Origin: Myxococcota bacterium
GTDB lineage: Bacteria; Myxococcota_A; UBA796; UBA2385
Assembly (NCBI GenBank): GCA_044344255.1
Contig: JBIJDH010000004.1
Span: 1 to 64,000 of the forward strand
Length of the DNA stretch: 64,000 nt
Reading direction: 5' to 3'
The notes beneath the pieces were generated by a model, which ran no database searches, was not told the origin of the DNA, and worked only from the letters and a program-made list of their open reading frames with translations. This document shows positions 1 through 9,581 of this stretch, in pieces. Each line of letters starts with the position of its first letter. Positions within the stretch are counted from its first letter, which is position 1. Position numbers and translations under genes: made by a program.

Positions 1-3
1 TTT

Positions 4-125
<122 letters not shown>

Positions 126-132
126 TCCTTCT

Positions 133-172
133 GAACCCCCGATCGCCCCTGGCGGTCGGGGGTTCTTCATTT
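133..172 (+). terminator. Intrinsic terminator of the rRNA operon
   Basis: Hairpin GAACCCCCGATCGCC-CCT-GGCGGTCGGGGGTTC followed by TTCATTT. Confidence 0.8.
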
Positions 173-250
173 CAACGACCTCGGTACTTCGGCGGTGCCA
201 CTCGCTCGCGGCCTTCCGGATGGCTCCGTTCTCCGCTGCCGGATCGCCCC

Positions 251-1075
251 CTACCAGGTGAAGGTCGCGGTCAGTCCTAGGCCGAGGGCCGCAGCACCGG
301 CGCCGATGGAGGTGAAGAAGAGCGTGTTGGTGCGGGTGCGGAGGGAGCCAAGGTCGGAGTCCGTGACAGGATCGTCTACGTCGTCGAAGACGGTGCGTTG
401 TTGAACGGAGAGCCCGTAGAGGGTGCCCGCCGCGATGGCGGACGCGGTCGTGGCGGTGATGAGGACGACTCGCCGTCGGTGCTGCTGTGCACGCTCGAAG
501 GGGAGGGGGCCCCACGCGGGGGTGGGGTCGCCGGGTAGGAGGAAGCGCGTCTCGGTCAGTCGCCCCTCGCGGTTGTAGACCTGAACCAGTGAGCTGATGC
601 CTGTCGCACGAGCGGCGCCGCGGACACCGTCGGCGGTGGCCCAGCCGCCCTCGGGGGGGATGATGGGGTCGAGCTCGCCCTCCGCCGTGGACAGCGAAGC
701 CTCGTAGAGGTTCATCAGCGGATGACCGGCTGGTGCCACGGTCTCGGGCATCTGGTATCCGGGCTCCAAGCGTCGGGCGGCGTGGAACTCGCCGAGGACT
801 TGCTCCTGGTCGCCCGCGGTGAAGGCCGCGAGCGCCATCAGCCGGTGAAATGCGGCGGCTTGGTTGAGGGTGACGTCCTCCGTGAGGCACGGGAGCACCG
901 CGAGGGCCTGTTCTCGGGCCTCCGTGAGGCCCGGGAGGTCCATCGCGGAGAACGCACCCTCGCCACGCTTTGCGGCGTCGAGGAAGCTCTGGAAGTTAGT
1001 CCCGCTCCGGCAGTCGAAGCCCGCTTGCGCGTGTCCTTCACCGACCTGGAAGAGCAGGAAGAGGATCACTGGCAT
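251..1075 (-). CDS. Exported hypothetical protein with a TPR-like helix pair and C-terminal hydrophobic segments
   Basis: Signal-like N-terminus MPVILFLLFQVGEGHA; LAAFTAGDQEQVLGEFHAARRLEP; two C-terminal hydrophobic stretches; start overlaps the kinase stop. Confidence 0.7.
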   Translation of the reverse strand: MPVILFLLFQVGEGHAQAGFDCRSGTNFQSFLDAAKRGEGAFSAMDLPGLTEAREQALAVLPCLTEDVTLNQAAAFHRLMALAAFTAGDQEQVLGEFHAARRLEPGYQMPETVAPAGHPLMNLYEASLSTAEGELDPIIPPEGGWATADGVRGAARATGISSLVQVYNREGRLTETRFLLPGDPTPAWGPLPFERAQQHRRRVVLITATTASAIAAGTLYGLSVQQRTVFDDVDDPVTDSDLGSLRTRTNTLFFTSIGAGAAALGLGLTATFTW

Positions 1076-2781
1076 TTCTGGAAGGCCGCCGTGCACTGGA
1101 GGGTCCGGTGTTCTCCGGGGGAGAGGCTGATCTTGCCGGCCAGCACGAGATCGCTGCCGGGGGTGAACACGGCCCTCACCGTGTGCGTGCCCGCTGGCAG
1201 TGCCCCGGGGTTGCGCACCACGCCGCCATCGTCCACGAAGACGACTCGATCGACGTTCCCGGCGATGCTGACCATCGCTGGCTCGGGCGCCGCCGCAGCC
1301 GGCGCCGGATCGGTGGGAGGCTGAGGAGGCTCGGCTGGCGACGGTCCGTCGGAGTCGGAGCCATCGCCGGTGGGGGCCCCCGCCTGGCCTCCGTGTGGAT
1401 CCGCGCCTGGCTCCCGACGCCCGGCGCCGGGGTGAGGAGGAGCGCCCTCCTTGTGGGCGTTGGCGGCTTCGGAGGTCACAGCGGGGGCCTCTGGGTTCGG
1501 CGGGGGCGCGCCGACCGAGACCGGCGCGCTCGAGCTCGAGGGATTGGGCTCCTCGGCGTCGAGCCCACCGGCGATGGGGGCTCCGATGCGGGCGGGATCG
1601 GCGGACGCTTTGGGGGCCTCCGGGCCCGTGGTCGTCCGAAGGGCGAAGAGCGAGACGATGCCCAACAGCGCGATCGCCACGAGGCCGCTGATGACAAAGG
1701 GCGCGGCGCGCCGCGGCGGGCTCGGCTCGCTCTCGAGGATCGGTCCGCCGGGCCCCGGCGGGCGATGTCCCGGGCCGGTCGCGGCGGTGAGGACCTCGAT
1801 CGGCCGAGGTGCGGCGGGCTCGAGCAGCTCCGCCAGCGTCCCGCTGACCTCCAGCCTGGGGGTGTCGCTCGGGGCCGAGGGCGGCTCGGTGGCGCCGCCC
1901 CCGAATCGTCGACCGAGGCGCGGGGTGTCAGGGGGAGGCTCCGGGAGCAGCGGGATCGCCGCCTCCACCGCCTCGATGAGGGACGCGACGTCCGGGAAGC
2001 GCTGCTCTGGCTGATAGCGGGTTGCGTGGCGGATGATGTCGGCGACGGGGGAGCTCAAGCCCTGGAGCAGGCTGTCGTCCATGTCAGCGGCGAAGAGGTC
2101 TATCGGCACCTTCCCGGTGACCAGCGCGTAGAGCGTCGCTCCCATCGCGTAGATGTCGCCGCGACCATCCACCCTCCGGGCGCTGGTCCGCTGCTCGGGG
2201 GACATGAAGCCCCAGGTGCCCATCACGGCGCCCGTGCGGGTGCGGGCGTGGTCGCGGAGGCTGTCTTGTACCTGGGCGATCCCGAAGTCGCTGATCTTCG
2301 GCGTTCCACTGCCGCTCAGCAGGATGTTTTGGGGCTTGAGGTCGCGATGGACCACCCCCATCGCGTGCGCGGCCCCCACGGCGTCGAGGGCGATGCGGAG
2401 GACCCGCAGTGCCATGGACTCCGGCATGGGGCCGCAGCTCTCGACCCAGTCCCAGAGCGTGCCGCCGCGCACTACCTCCATCACCATGAACACCGTCTGC
2501 CCGTCCTCCACCACGTCTTGTACGGCGACCACGTTTGGGTGGCTGAGGCGAGCCATCGTCCGGGCCTCGGCTTCGAAGCGGGCCCGCAGATCCTTACGGC
2601 TGGACAGGGCAGGCGCCAGGACCTTGATCGCCCGCTCCACGCCGAGGCGGCTGTCCCACGCGAGGTAGACGGTCGCCATTCCGCCTTCGCCAAGGACATC
2701 ACGAAGCCGGTAGCGCCCCCCGGCTAGCGGGGGGGCGACCTCGGCGGGCCCGGGTGGGTCGGTCTCTCGTTGGCTCTCCAC
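1066..2781 (-). CDS. Membrane-anchored Hanks-type Ser/Thr protein kinase
   Basis: LGEGGMATVY, AIKVL, HRDLKPQN, DFGIA, MSPEQ; one TM (FVISGLVAIALLGIVSLFAL), Pro-rich linker and a small C-terminal beta domain. Confidence 0.95.
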   Translation of the reverse strand: MESQRETDPPGPAEVAPPLAGGRYRLRDVLGEGGMATVYLAWDSRLGVERAIKVLAPALSSRKDLRARFEAEARTMARLSHPNVVAVQDVVEDGQTVFMVMEVVRGGTLWDWVESCGPMPESMALRVLRIALDAVGAAHAMGVVHRDLKPQNILLSGSGTPKISDFGIAQVQDSLRDHARTRTGAVMGTWGFMSPEQRTSARRVDGRGDIYAMGATLYALVTGKVPIDLFAADMDDSLLQGLSSPVADIIRHATRYQPEQRFPDVASLIEAVEAAIPLLPEPPPDTPRLGRRFGGGATEPPSAPSDTPRLEVSGTLAELLEPAAPRPIEVLTAATGPGHRPPGPGGPILESEPSPPRRAAPFVISGLVAIALLGIVSLFALRTTTGPEAPKASADPARIGAPIAGGLDAEEPNPSSSSAPVSVGAPPPNPEAPAVTSEAANAHKEGAPPHPGAGRREPGADPHGGQAGAPTGDGSDSDGPSPAEPPQPPTDPAPAAAAPEPAMVSIAGNVDRVVFVDDGGVVRNPGALPAGTHTVRAVFTPGSDLVLAGKISLSPGEHRTLQCTAAFQKCQ

Positions 2782-2855
2782 TCGGACCGCTCCATGGTAG
2801 CGGTTAACCTACCCCAGGTCCGCGGTGGACTGCACCACCGATACACGAGGCAGGA

Positions 2856-3491
2856 ATGGGAACGATCTTCACCTTTAATGTGCTCGGCTATCCGGTGGCC
2901 GTCACCGGCTCCGCCTTGCTCATGTTCATTTACCTCGTCTATGGCGAGAGCGGCTCGGTGGCTGACATCTCGCGGGGGCTCATCTGGGCGTCGGTGTTGT
3001 TCTTTTCGGTGCTGGTGCATGAGCTCGGGCACGCCGTGGCGGCAGATCGCCTGGGGCTGCGACCGCTCGGGATCGTGCTCCACGGCTTCGGGGGCCTCTG
3101 CCAGTACGGGCGCTCTCCCAACCCGAAGCAGGGCCTCGTGGCCTCGGCCGCCGGGCCGGTGGCGGGGCTCCTGCTCGCCCTGGTCGCCTTCGTCTTGACC
3201 CTCGTGTTGCCGAAGACCCTGCCGGTAGGGGTGCTCTGGATGGTGCAGAGCTGCTTTCAGGTGAGCCTCTTCCTCAACCTGATGAACCTCTTGCCGATGT
3301 ACCCGCTCGATGGCGGGCACGTGCTGCACAGCGGGCTCTCCATCTTCATGCGGGGCTCGACCGCCTGGCGGGTGACCAAGTGGGTGTCGGTGCCCACCGC
3401 CGTCGTCGTCGGACTGGGAGGCCTCTACCTCGGCTTCCCCTTCCTGGCGTTCATGGCGGCTCTCTCGCTCTACCAGACCCTCACCCGCTGA
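2856..3491 (+). CDS. Site-2 protease, M50 family intramembrane zinc metalloprotease
   Basis: HELGH, AAGP and NLLPMYPLDGG motifs; multiple TM segments. Confidence 0.92.
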   Translation: MGTIFTFNVLGYPVAVTGSALLMFIYLVYGESGSVADISRGLIWASVLFFSVLVHELGHAVAADRLGLRPLGIVLHGFGGLCQYGRSPNPKQGLVASAAGPVAGLLLALVAFVLTLVLPKTLPVGVLWMVQSCFQVSLFLNLMNLLPMYPLDGGHVLHSGLSIFMRGSTAWRVTKWVSVPTAVVVGLGGLYLGFPFLAFMAALSLYQTLTR

Positions 3492-3522
3492 GCTGACCGG
3501 CTGAGTGCGCCGTGGTGCGACA

Positions 3523-4527
3523 TCACGGCTGAAAGACGAGGACGCCACCGCGCCCACCGGGGGCGCCAGCGGTGAGGGTGCCCTCGCTGAGACTGACGGC
3601 GGCGCCGAGCTCGTCACCAGGGTGACCGATCCACCGCCGGGTGGGCGCGTCGAGGTAGCCGTTGGCGAAGAGGTAGACGGCGCCCGCGCGGCTGGCGGCG
3701 AAGGCAGGCGCGCCGACGAGGACGTCGAGCTGGCCGTCCCCGTCTAGATCGGCGACCGAGAGCGCGGCGCCGAAGCGCCCCCCATCTCCTTGGAGCTCCC
3801 GCTCGATCCGACCCGTCCGGGCCGACCAGAGGTAGACCCTGTTCGCCCCGGGGGCGCCGATCAGCCACTCGACCTCGCCGTCTCCGTCGAGGTCACCCGC
3901 GGCGAGGGCGAAGCCGGCCTCGTCGCCCTCGGCCGATCGAGCGAGCTCCACTTCGCCGACCTTCAGCGTCACGGGGCCGCGCGCCATCCCCACGCCCAGC
4001 GCTCCTCCACCCCAAGCGAGGGCGGAGGGCCGACCAGGGCTCTCACCCGCCCCGCCGCCCGCCGTCACCCATCCGGTGGCGGTGCTGGCGGCCCAGTCGG
4101 CGCCGCCGGCGAGCGCGGTCCCCAGCGGGCCAGCGCGCTCGCCGAGGTCGAGCACGGCACCGTCCTCGACCCGCGACAAGCGCCCCTCGCCGTCCAGCGG
4201 GGCGCTCGCGAGGGGGCCACCGGCGTCGAGGGCGAGCGCCGCGCCGAGCTTCCCGGGGCCCTCGAGCGCCTGAGACAGCGCCCCCTCCGCGTAGCGCCAC
4301 ACCGCGCCGGAGGGGCCGTAGGGGGCGCCCACCCAGACCTCGCCGGAGGGGGCGGCGACCAGGGCGGCGCCGAATCCGGCGTCGGGCTCCGGGGCTTCGA
4401 CGCGGAGCGTGTCTTTGGGATCGCGCTCGTCGTCGGTCGAAGGTGGACCGTGGGCCCGGCAGGCCGTCCAGGAGAGCAGCCAGGAGAGCAGCCAGGAGAG
4501 CAGGAAGAGGGGGGCGGCGCGTCGCAT
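3523..4527 (-). CDS. FG-GAP (integrin-alpha-like beta-propeller) repeat protein, probable lipoprotein
   Basis: FGAAL...VGAP repeats, GDLDGDG and DLDGDGQLDVLVGAP Ca-binding loops, GAVYLF; start reassigned to MRRAAPLF...WTAC signal. Confidence 0.85.
   Translation of the reverse strand: MRRAAPLFLLSWLLSWLLSWTACRAHGPPSTDDERDPKDTLRVEAPEPDAGFGAALVAAPSGEVWVGAPYGPSGAVWRYAEGALSQALEGPGKLGAALALDAGGPLASAPLDGEGRLSRVEDGAVLDLGERAGPLGTALAGGADWAASTATGWVTAGGGAGESPGRPSALAWGGGALGVGMARGPVTLKVGEVELARSAEGDEAGFALAAGDLDGDGEVEWLIGAPGANRVYLWSARTGRIERELQGDGGRFGAALSVADLDGDGQLDVLVGAPAFAASRAGAVYLFANGYLDAPTRRWIGHPGDELGAAVSLSEGTLTAGAPGGRGGVLVFQP
4468..4503. repeat. 3x perfect 12-bp tandem repeat (CCAGGAGAGCAG) encoding LLSW repeats in the signal peptide
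   Basis: Read directly from the sequence. Confidence 0.9.
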
Positions 4528-4588
4528 CGGAGGTGGCCAGTATAGGCCCACTCGGCTACAAAGCGCCCCCCCCGACGAGGGCGTGTCC

Positions 4589-5029
4589 ATGCCGGCCATC
4601 CGCCGCCACATCTTGATCGCGACCTCCACCCGCGCCGTGTGGAACGCGATCTCCACGCCGGAAGGGCTGTGCCGCTGGCTGGTCGCGGAGGCGCGCCTTG
4701 AGCCGCGCTCCGGCGGCCGCGTCGTGCTCGCTCGGATCGGCGCCGACGGTCTCCGCGAGGAGGCGCGGGGGATGGTCCATAAGTGGCGCCCCACCTCTCA
4801 CCTCGAGATCGCCTTCGATCGGTTGGGGGACCACCCCTCCCGCGGCAGCCTCGTCGCCTTCCAGGTCGCGCGAGACGGCGACGAGACCCGGCTCTCGGTG
4901 GTCCAGAGCGGCGGTGAGCAGCTCGAAGATGAAGCCGCAGCGGCCTCTCTCGATGATCGGTGGCGCAAAGATCTGGAGCGGCTGCAGGCGGCCCTCGATG
5001 AAGGCCCCCCTCCCAAGGAGCGACGATGA
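4589..5029 (+). CDS. SRPBCC/AHSA1-like (START fold) domain protein
   Basis: IRRHILIATSTRAVWNAISTPEGLCRW N-terminus; C-terminal W..DLERLQAALD helix. Confidence 0.85.
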   Translation: MPAIRRHILIATSTRAVWNAISTPEGLCRWLVAEARLEPRSGGRVVLARIGADGLREEARGMVHKWRPTSHLEIAFDRLGDHPSRGSLVAFQVARDGDETRLSVVQSGGEQLEDEAAAASLDDRWRKDLERLQAALDEGPPPKERR

Positions 5030-5340
5030 TGGATCCAAACGCGATGGGCGGCCTCCTCGGCGGTCTCCAGGCTCGGATGCAGGCGATGAAGGCTGAGGCC
5101 GCCGTCACCGAGGTCGAGGGGCAGGCCGGGGGCGGCCTCGTGAAGGTGGTGGCCAACGGCAACCTGGAGATCGTCCGCGTCACGCTCGACCCCTCGGTCG
5201 CCGGGGACACTGAGATGCTCGAGGACCTCCTTGTGGCCGCGAGCAACGACGCGCTCCGCAAGGCGCGTGGGATCCTTGAGCAAAAGATGAGCGCGCTCAT
5301 GGGTGGGCTCCCGCTGCCGCCGGGGCTCCTCGGATTCTGA
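5026..5340 (+). CDS. ybaB: YbaB/EbfC family nucleoid-associated protein
   Basis: EVEGQAGGGLVKVVANG, DTEMLEDLLVAASNDAL, GGLPLPPG. Confidence 0.95.
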   Translation: MMDPNAMGGLLGGLQARMQAMKAEAAVTEVEGQAGGGLVKVVANGNLEIVRVTLDPSVAGDTEMLEDLLVAASNDALRKARGILEQKMSALMGGLPLPPGLLGF

Positions 5341-5361
5341 GGCCGACCGCAGGACCGGTGC

Positions 5362-5400
5362 TACACTGAAGGCTTGGTCGGACGGCCTTACACTAAAGGC
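5362..5400 (+). promoter_or_regulatory. Direct repeat TACACTRAAGGC x2 (tandem -10-like elements or regulator site) upstream of the DUF2330 gene
   Basis: TACACTGAAGGC at 5362 and TACACTAAAGGC at 5389, in intergenic DNA. Confidence 0.35.
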
Positions 5401-5448
5401 ATTGCCGGGCGCCCGGTGGGCAACGAGGGCGCCCATTGAGGTGGTTTG

Positions 5449-6819
5449 ATGTTCAGCCTCGTCCTTGGCGTCCTCGGTTTCGGGATCTCTCCTGCACATG
5501 CCTTCTGCGGCACCTATGTCGGGCAGGCGGGCTCGCAGATCTACAGCTCCGTCAGCCAGGTGGTGATGGTGCGGCAGGGCGAGCGCACCACCCTGACCCT
5601 CGCCAATGACTTCGAAGGTGATGTCACCGACTTCGCGCTGGTGATGCCGGTCCCTGAGGTGTTGACCGCGGAGGATGTCCGCACGGTGGAGGGCGAGCTC
5701 ATCGGCGCCCTGGACCTCTACTCTGCCCCGCGGCTCGTCTCGTATGAGTGTGCGGACTTCGAGTACGACTATGGCAGCGATGGCGGGACGAACGCCGACA
5801 CTGGCGCCACCTCTGGAGAGGACGCAGACGGCTCCGTGGTGGTGGAGTCCTCCTTCACCGCGGGGGAGTACGAGATCGTGGTCCTCTCGGCGACCGACTC
5901 CCTCGACCTCGTCACGTGGCTGAACGACAACGGCTTCGCGGTCGACACCGCGGCCGAGGACATGCTCGGTGAGTACATCCACGACGGCGCCTACTTCGTC
6001 GCCGCAAAGGTCTCACTAGAGGCCGCGGTGGAGGGGCGCAGCTTCCTGTCTCCGCTGCAGTTCGGCTACAATTCCCCGCAGCTCAGCCTGCCGATCCGCC
6101 TCGGGACGCTCAACTCCCAGGGGGTGCAGGACCTGCTGATCTACGCCTTCACGGACGTCGCGGCCGGACAGGTTGGCGTGTCGAACTACGATGAGCTCGT
6201 GGTGGAGGACGACTGCATGTGGCGCGACTCCGCCACGGGGGTCTTCGCCGACTTCTACAAGGCCCAGCTGGACGCCGCCTTCGAGGACGGCAGCGGCGCC
6301 GCCTGGGTGCGGGAGTACTCCTGGTCACCGTCCGGCTGTGATCCCTGCAGCGGAGAGCCACCGACGGACGAGGCGGTTCAGCAGCTCGGCTTCGTGGGCG
6401 GCGCCTCCGACGCGTTCTTCACCCGGCTGCACCTCCGCTACACGCCAGAGGCCGCGACCGCGGACGTCACGCTCTATGAGTCGAACATCACGGATTATGA
6501 CCAGATCAAGTTTATACAGTATGTCTACGAGCTCGAGGATCGGTTCCCCATCTGTGGGCTTGGCTTCGCGGAAGACCCCGGGACCTGCGACGACGGGGGC
6601 ACCGATGGCACCGACGGGGCGGACGGATCGGGGGACGATGGCGGGGAAGAGCCGGCGCCGACCCCAGACCTCAGCGGCTACGACAAGGCCGATCACCTGA
6701 GCACCCCCAAGGGCTGCGCCTACGGCTGCGCGTCGGGCGGGGGAGCTGGCGGGCTCGCCCCCTTCGGGGTGGTCGTCGTCGCTTCGACGATCACGCTCCT
6801 TCGCCGTCGTCGGAGCTGA
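5449..6819 (+). CDS. DUF2330 family exported protein with a MYXO-CTERM-like C-terminal sorting segment
   Basis: Signal peptide ending AHA; FCGTYVG...DFALVMPVP, WLNDNGF, LPIRLG, FTRLHLRY; tail GC..GCASGGG-hydrophobic-LRRRRS. Confidence 0.85.
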   Translation: MFSLVLGVLGFGISPAHAFCGTYVGQAGSQIYSSVSQVVMVRQGERTTLTLANDFEGDVTDFALVMPVPEVLTAEDVRTVEGELIGALDLYSAPRLVSYECADFEYDYGSDGGTNADTGATSGEDADGSVVVESSFTAGEYEIVVLSATDSLDLVTWLNDNGFAVDTAAEDMLGEYIHDGAYFVAAKVSLEAAVEGRSFLSPLQFGYNSPQLSLPIRLGTLNSQGVQDLLIYAFTDVAAGQVGVSNYDELVVEDDCMWRDSATGVFADFYKAQLDAAFEDGSGAAWVREYSWSPSGCDPCSGEPPTDEAVQQLGFVGGASDAFFTRLHLRYTPEAATADVTLYESNITDYDQIKFIQYVYELEDRFPICGLGFAEDPGTCDDGGTDGTDGADGSGDDGGEEPAPTPDLSGYDKADHLSTPKGCAYGCASGGGAGGLAPFGVVVVASTITLLRRRRS

Positions 6820-6822
6820 GCG

Positions 6823-7404
6823 ATGTGGTGGATCCTCCTGCTCGCCTCCTGCGCGGGGAAAGCGGAGCCGGCCACCTCCGGCGACACGAGCTCCGCGGGG
6901 GGTGACACCGCCGCCGACCCCGATGACACGGGAGCGCCGCTGCCCGCCTGCGAGCGGCCGGAGCTGGTCGTCGAGATCGGCACCGGCGCGGACACCTTCG
7001 TCCCCCTGGAGGAGGGGGCGGAGGTGACGATGGTGTACGGATCCCAGGGCGGCTGGCACATGCTCGGCAGCGTGGAGATCGGTCAGACCACGCCGATCGT
7101 CAAGATCCACTACACCGTCGCCACCGTGGACGGTGGGGTGCTCGTCTCCGACAACATTTACCAGGTCCAGCTCGTCTCCGACGGCGAGTGTTCCGGGTAC
7201 TACCCTGGGATGTACGGCTACCTCGACGTCGGAGAGCTCGTTGAGGGCACCGCCGACACCCCCCCTGAGCTCCTCGCTGGCGATCGACTGCTGATGCGGA
7301 TGGAGGTGGAGGATCGTGAGGGTCGCCTGGGCGCAGACGAGGTGGAGGTGATCGCCGCGCTCGACGTCGCCGACGGTGGCGTGCCCGCTGAGGGAGCTCC
7401 TTGA
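6823..7404 (+). CDS. Hypothetical lipoprotein
   Basis: Lipobox LLASC; acidic linker; GSQGGWH motif; co-oriented and tightly packed with neighbours. Confidence 0.75.
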   Translation: MWWILLLASCAGKAEPATSGDTSSAGGDTAADPDDTGAPLPACERPELVVEIGTGADTFVPLEEGAEVTMVYGSQGGWHMLGSVEIGQTTPIVKIHYTVATVDGGVLVSDNIYQVQLVSDGECSGYYPGMYGYLDVGELVEGTADTPPELLAGDRLLMRMEVEDREGRLGADEVEVIAALDVADGGVPAEGAP

Positions 7405-9581
7405 CAGGGGCCCCGGCCCGCGTCGGGGCATCCCTTGGCCTCGCCCTCACGATCGGACTCATCGCCTTGTCCCAGGGGGGCTGTGTGGGCGCGCCTCCCG
7501 GGGAGCCGGAGGGCGAAGGGGCGCCGCCGGGAGCGGGGGGCGCAGCGGAGTCCACCGCCGCCCCGCCCAAGGCGCGGATCACCAGCCCTTCGACGGGGCG
7601 GGTGGTGCGGGATGACCTCATCCCGCTCTCCGCCTGGACCCCCGAGGTGATGCCAGAGGCCACGGTCTCTGCGCGTCTGGACGGGGAGGACATCACGGAC
7701 CCCGTGGGGCTCTACCGGCGTCGGTGGTCTCGCGGCGGCGGCGCCGACTATCTGTCCGTGCTGGATCTCTCCGCGCTCAAGCCGGGCCGCCACACCCTCT
7801 CGCTCACCTTCCTCGCCCCCTCCGCCAAGGGGACCAGCCTCCCGGACCGACGGGAGATGGAGAGCGTGTTCGAATATGCGCCCCATCCTTGCCGAGTCGA
7901 GCTGCGCCTCGTGGACGGTGGCGGCGCGAGGCGGGGCGGGCGGGTCCTGGTCTACGACGGGCTCACCGGCGCGCCAGTGAACCTCTGGGGGGAGGACGCC
8001 GCCGCTGACCCATCGAAGCGGGATGTCGTCGGCTACACCGTGCTGCTGCCGGAGGGCGCGGGGCACGTCCGCCTGCCTCCGGGGCGCTACACATTCGTCG
8101 GGCTCGGCGGGGTGCGGGACGGGGTGGACCTGGAGACCGTCCAGGTGTACGGAGGGGAGTCGCTGACCTTCACGGTCCCCGTCGAGGTCGAGACCCCCGG
8201 GCGGGTGACCGCTGACCTGCACGTCCACTCCGGGCGGAGCACGGACGCCTTCATCCCCGACCGCTGGCGGCTGGAGAGCCTGGTCGGCGCGGACGTGGAG
8301 GTGGCGGTCCTCTCCGACCACAACAAGGTCACGGACTCCTCGATCCCCCTGGGCCTCTTGGACCTCGGCGACGCGCTGTCGCTGATCCCCGGGGCGGAGG
8401 CCCGGGTCGCCCGCGGCAACCCAGGGGTCGAAGATCCCGATGAGGGCGGCGAAGAGGAGGTGGAGGACGCGGAGTCGGGAAAGGAGAAGAAGCGAGCCAA
8501 GAACATGGCGCATGTCAACGCCTTCCCGTTGGTCGGCCCTGAGGCGGGCGGCCCGGCCTTCCCCGACCAGGTGACGGACAGCCTCCGCGCCAACCTCGCC
8601 GCCTGGCGCGAACGACAGGTCGCCGCGCCCTTCCCCGGCGTCGGGGCCGCGGTGCTGCTCCAGTTGAACCACCCGCGCGGGATTCAGTTCTTCCCCGAAA
8701 AGGGGGTCTCCCGGGTCCATGATCTGTTCGACAAGGTTGACCTCCTCCCCGGCCTCCCCTTGGGCCAGCATGCCGTCGGCTGGTTGAACGAGCCGGCGAT
8801 CAGCGGTGCCGCGGACGTGCTGGACTTCGACGCGATCGAGGTGATGAACCGCTTCAGCGCCCGCGCCTGGTGGGAGGTGCGTGCAGACTGGTTCTCTCTG
8901 TTAAACAAAGGCATTTTTATCACGGGCACTGGAAATTCAGACAGTCACTCTGTTCACGTCGAGCAGGTTGGCTATCCGGTGAACCTCGTGCACCTCCCGC
9001 CCCCCCAACCGGGCGCGGTGGGGCTCGACGTGGCGGCCTTCGTTGAGGCTATCGCGGCTGGGCGAGTAGAGGTCTCCAACGGCCCCGTGGTGGGGCTCCG
9101 CGTGCAGACCGAGCGAGGAGAGGGTGGGGTGGGTGACCTCGTGGCCGGCCGCCACCTCCGCGTGACCGCGACGGTGGACGCCGCTCGCTGGGTGCCGGTC
9201 CCCGAGGTGCGCCTCGTCGTGAACGGTGAGGTGTTGGACACCCTCACCCTCGGCCCCGCCGCCGATCCCGATTGGCCGAACGCCCGGCAGGAGGTGCACC
9301 GGGGCACCTTCACTTGGGAGCTCGACCTCGACCGCGACGGCTGGCTGCTGGTCGAGGCGGGCTGGCCCCTCCAGCGGTGGAAGGACCGCCTCCCCGGCCT
9401 CTACGGGCGCATCAGCCCGGGCTCGGTCCCCGTAGGCTTCACCAACCCGGTTCGGCTCGATGTCAACGGCGATGGCCGCTGGACGGTGGAGCCCCCTCGG
9501 GTGACGCGCGGGCCTACGCCTACGCCTACGCCTACGCCTACCCCGGCACCGGCAGATCGAGCGCCTCCAGCACGGCCCTGA
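7401..9581 (+). CDS. Exported PHP-domain (CehA/McbA-like) metallohydrolase
   Basis: DLHVHS, SDHN, NHPR, IEVMN, GNSDSH, SNGP and FTNP motifs; N-terminal signal with Cys. Confidence 0.85.
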   Translation: MTGAPARVGASLGLALTIGLIALSQGGCVGAPPGEPEGEGAPPGAGGAAESTAAPPKARITSPSTGRVVRDDLIPLSAWTPEVMPEATVSARLDGEDITDPVGLYRRRWSRGGGADYLSVLDLSALKPGRHTLSLTFLAPSAKGTSLPDRREMESVFEYAPHPCRVELRLVDGGGARRGGRVLVYDGLTGAPVNLWGEDAAADPSKRDVVGYTVLLPEGAGHVRLPPGRYTFVGLGGVRDGVDLETVQVYGGESLTFTVPVEVETPGRVTADLHVHSGRSTDAFIPDRWRLESLVGADVEVAVLSDHNKVTDSSIPLGLLDLGDALSLIPGAEARVARGNPGVEDPDEGGEEEVEDAESGKEKKRAKNMAHVNAFPLVGPEAGGPAFPDQVTDSLRANLAAWRERQVAAPFPGVGAAVLLQLNHPRGIQFFPEKGVSRVHDLFDKVDLLPGLPLGQHAVGWLNEPAISGAADVLDFDAIEVMNRFSARAWWEVRADWFSLLNKGIFITGTGNSDSHSVHVEQVGYPVNLVHLPPPQPGAVGLDVAAFVEAIAAGRVEVSNGPVVGLRVQTERGEGGVGDLVAGRHLRVTATVDAARWVPVPEVRLVVNGEVLDTLTLGPAADPDWPNARQEVHRGTFTWELDLDRDGWLLVEAGWPLQRWKDRLPGLYGRISPGSVPVGFTNPVRLDVNGDGRWTVEPPRVTRGPTPTPTPTPTPAPADRAPPARP
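9513..9541. repeat. CCTACG hexamer tandem repeat (about 4.8 copies) encoding a PTPTPT tail
   Basis: Read directly from the sequence. Confidence 0.85.
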
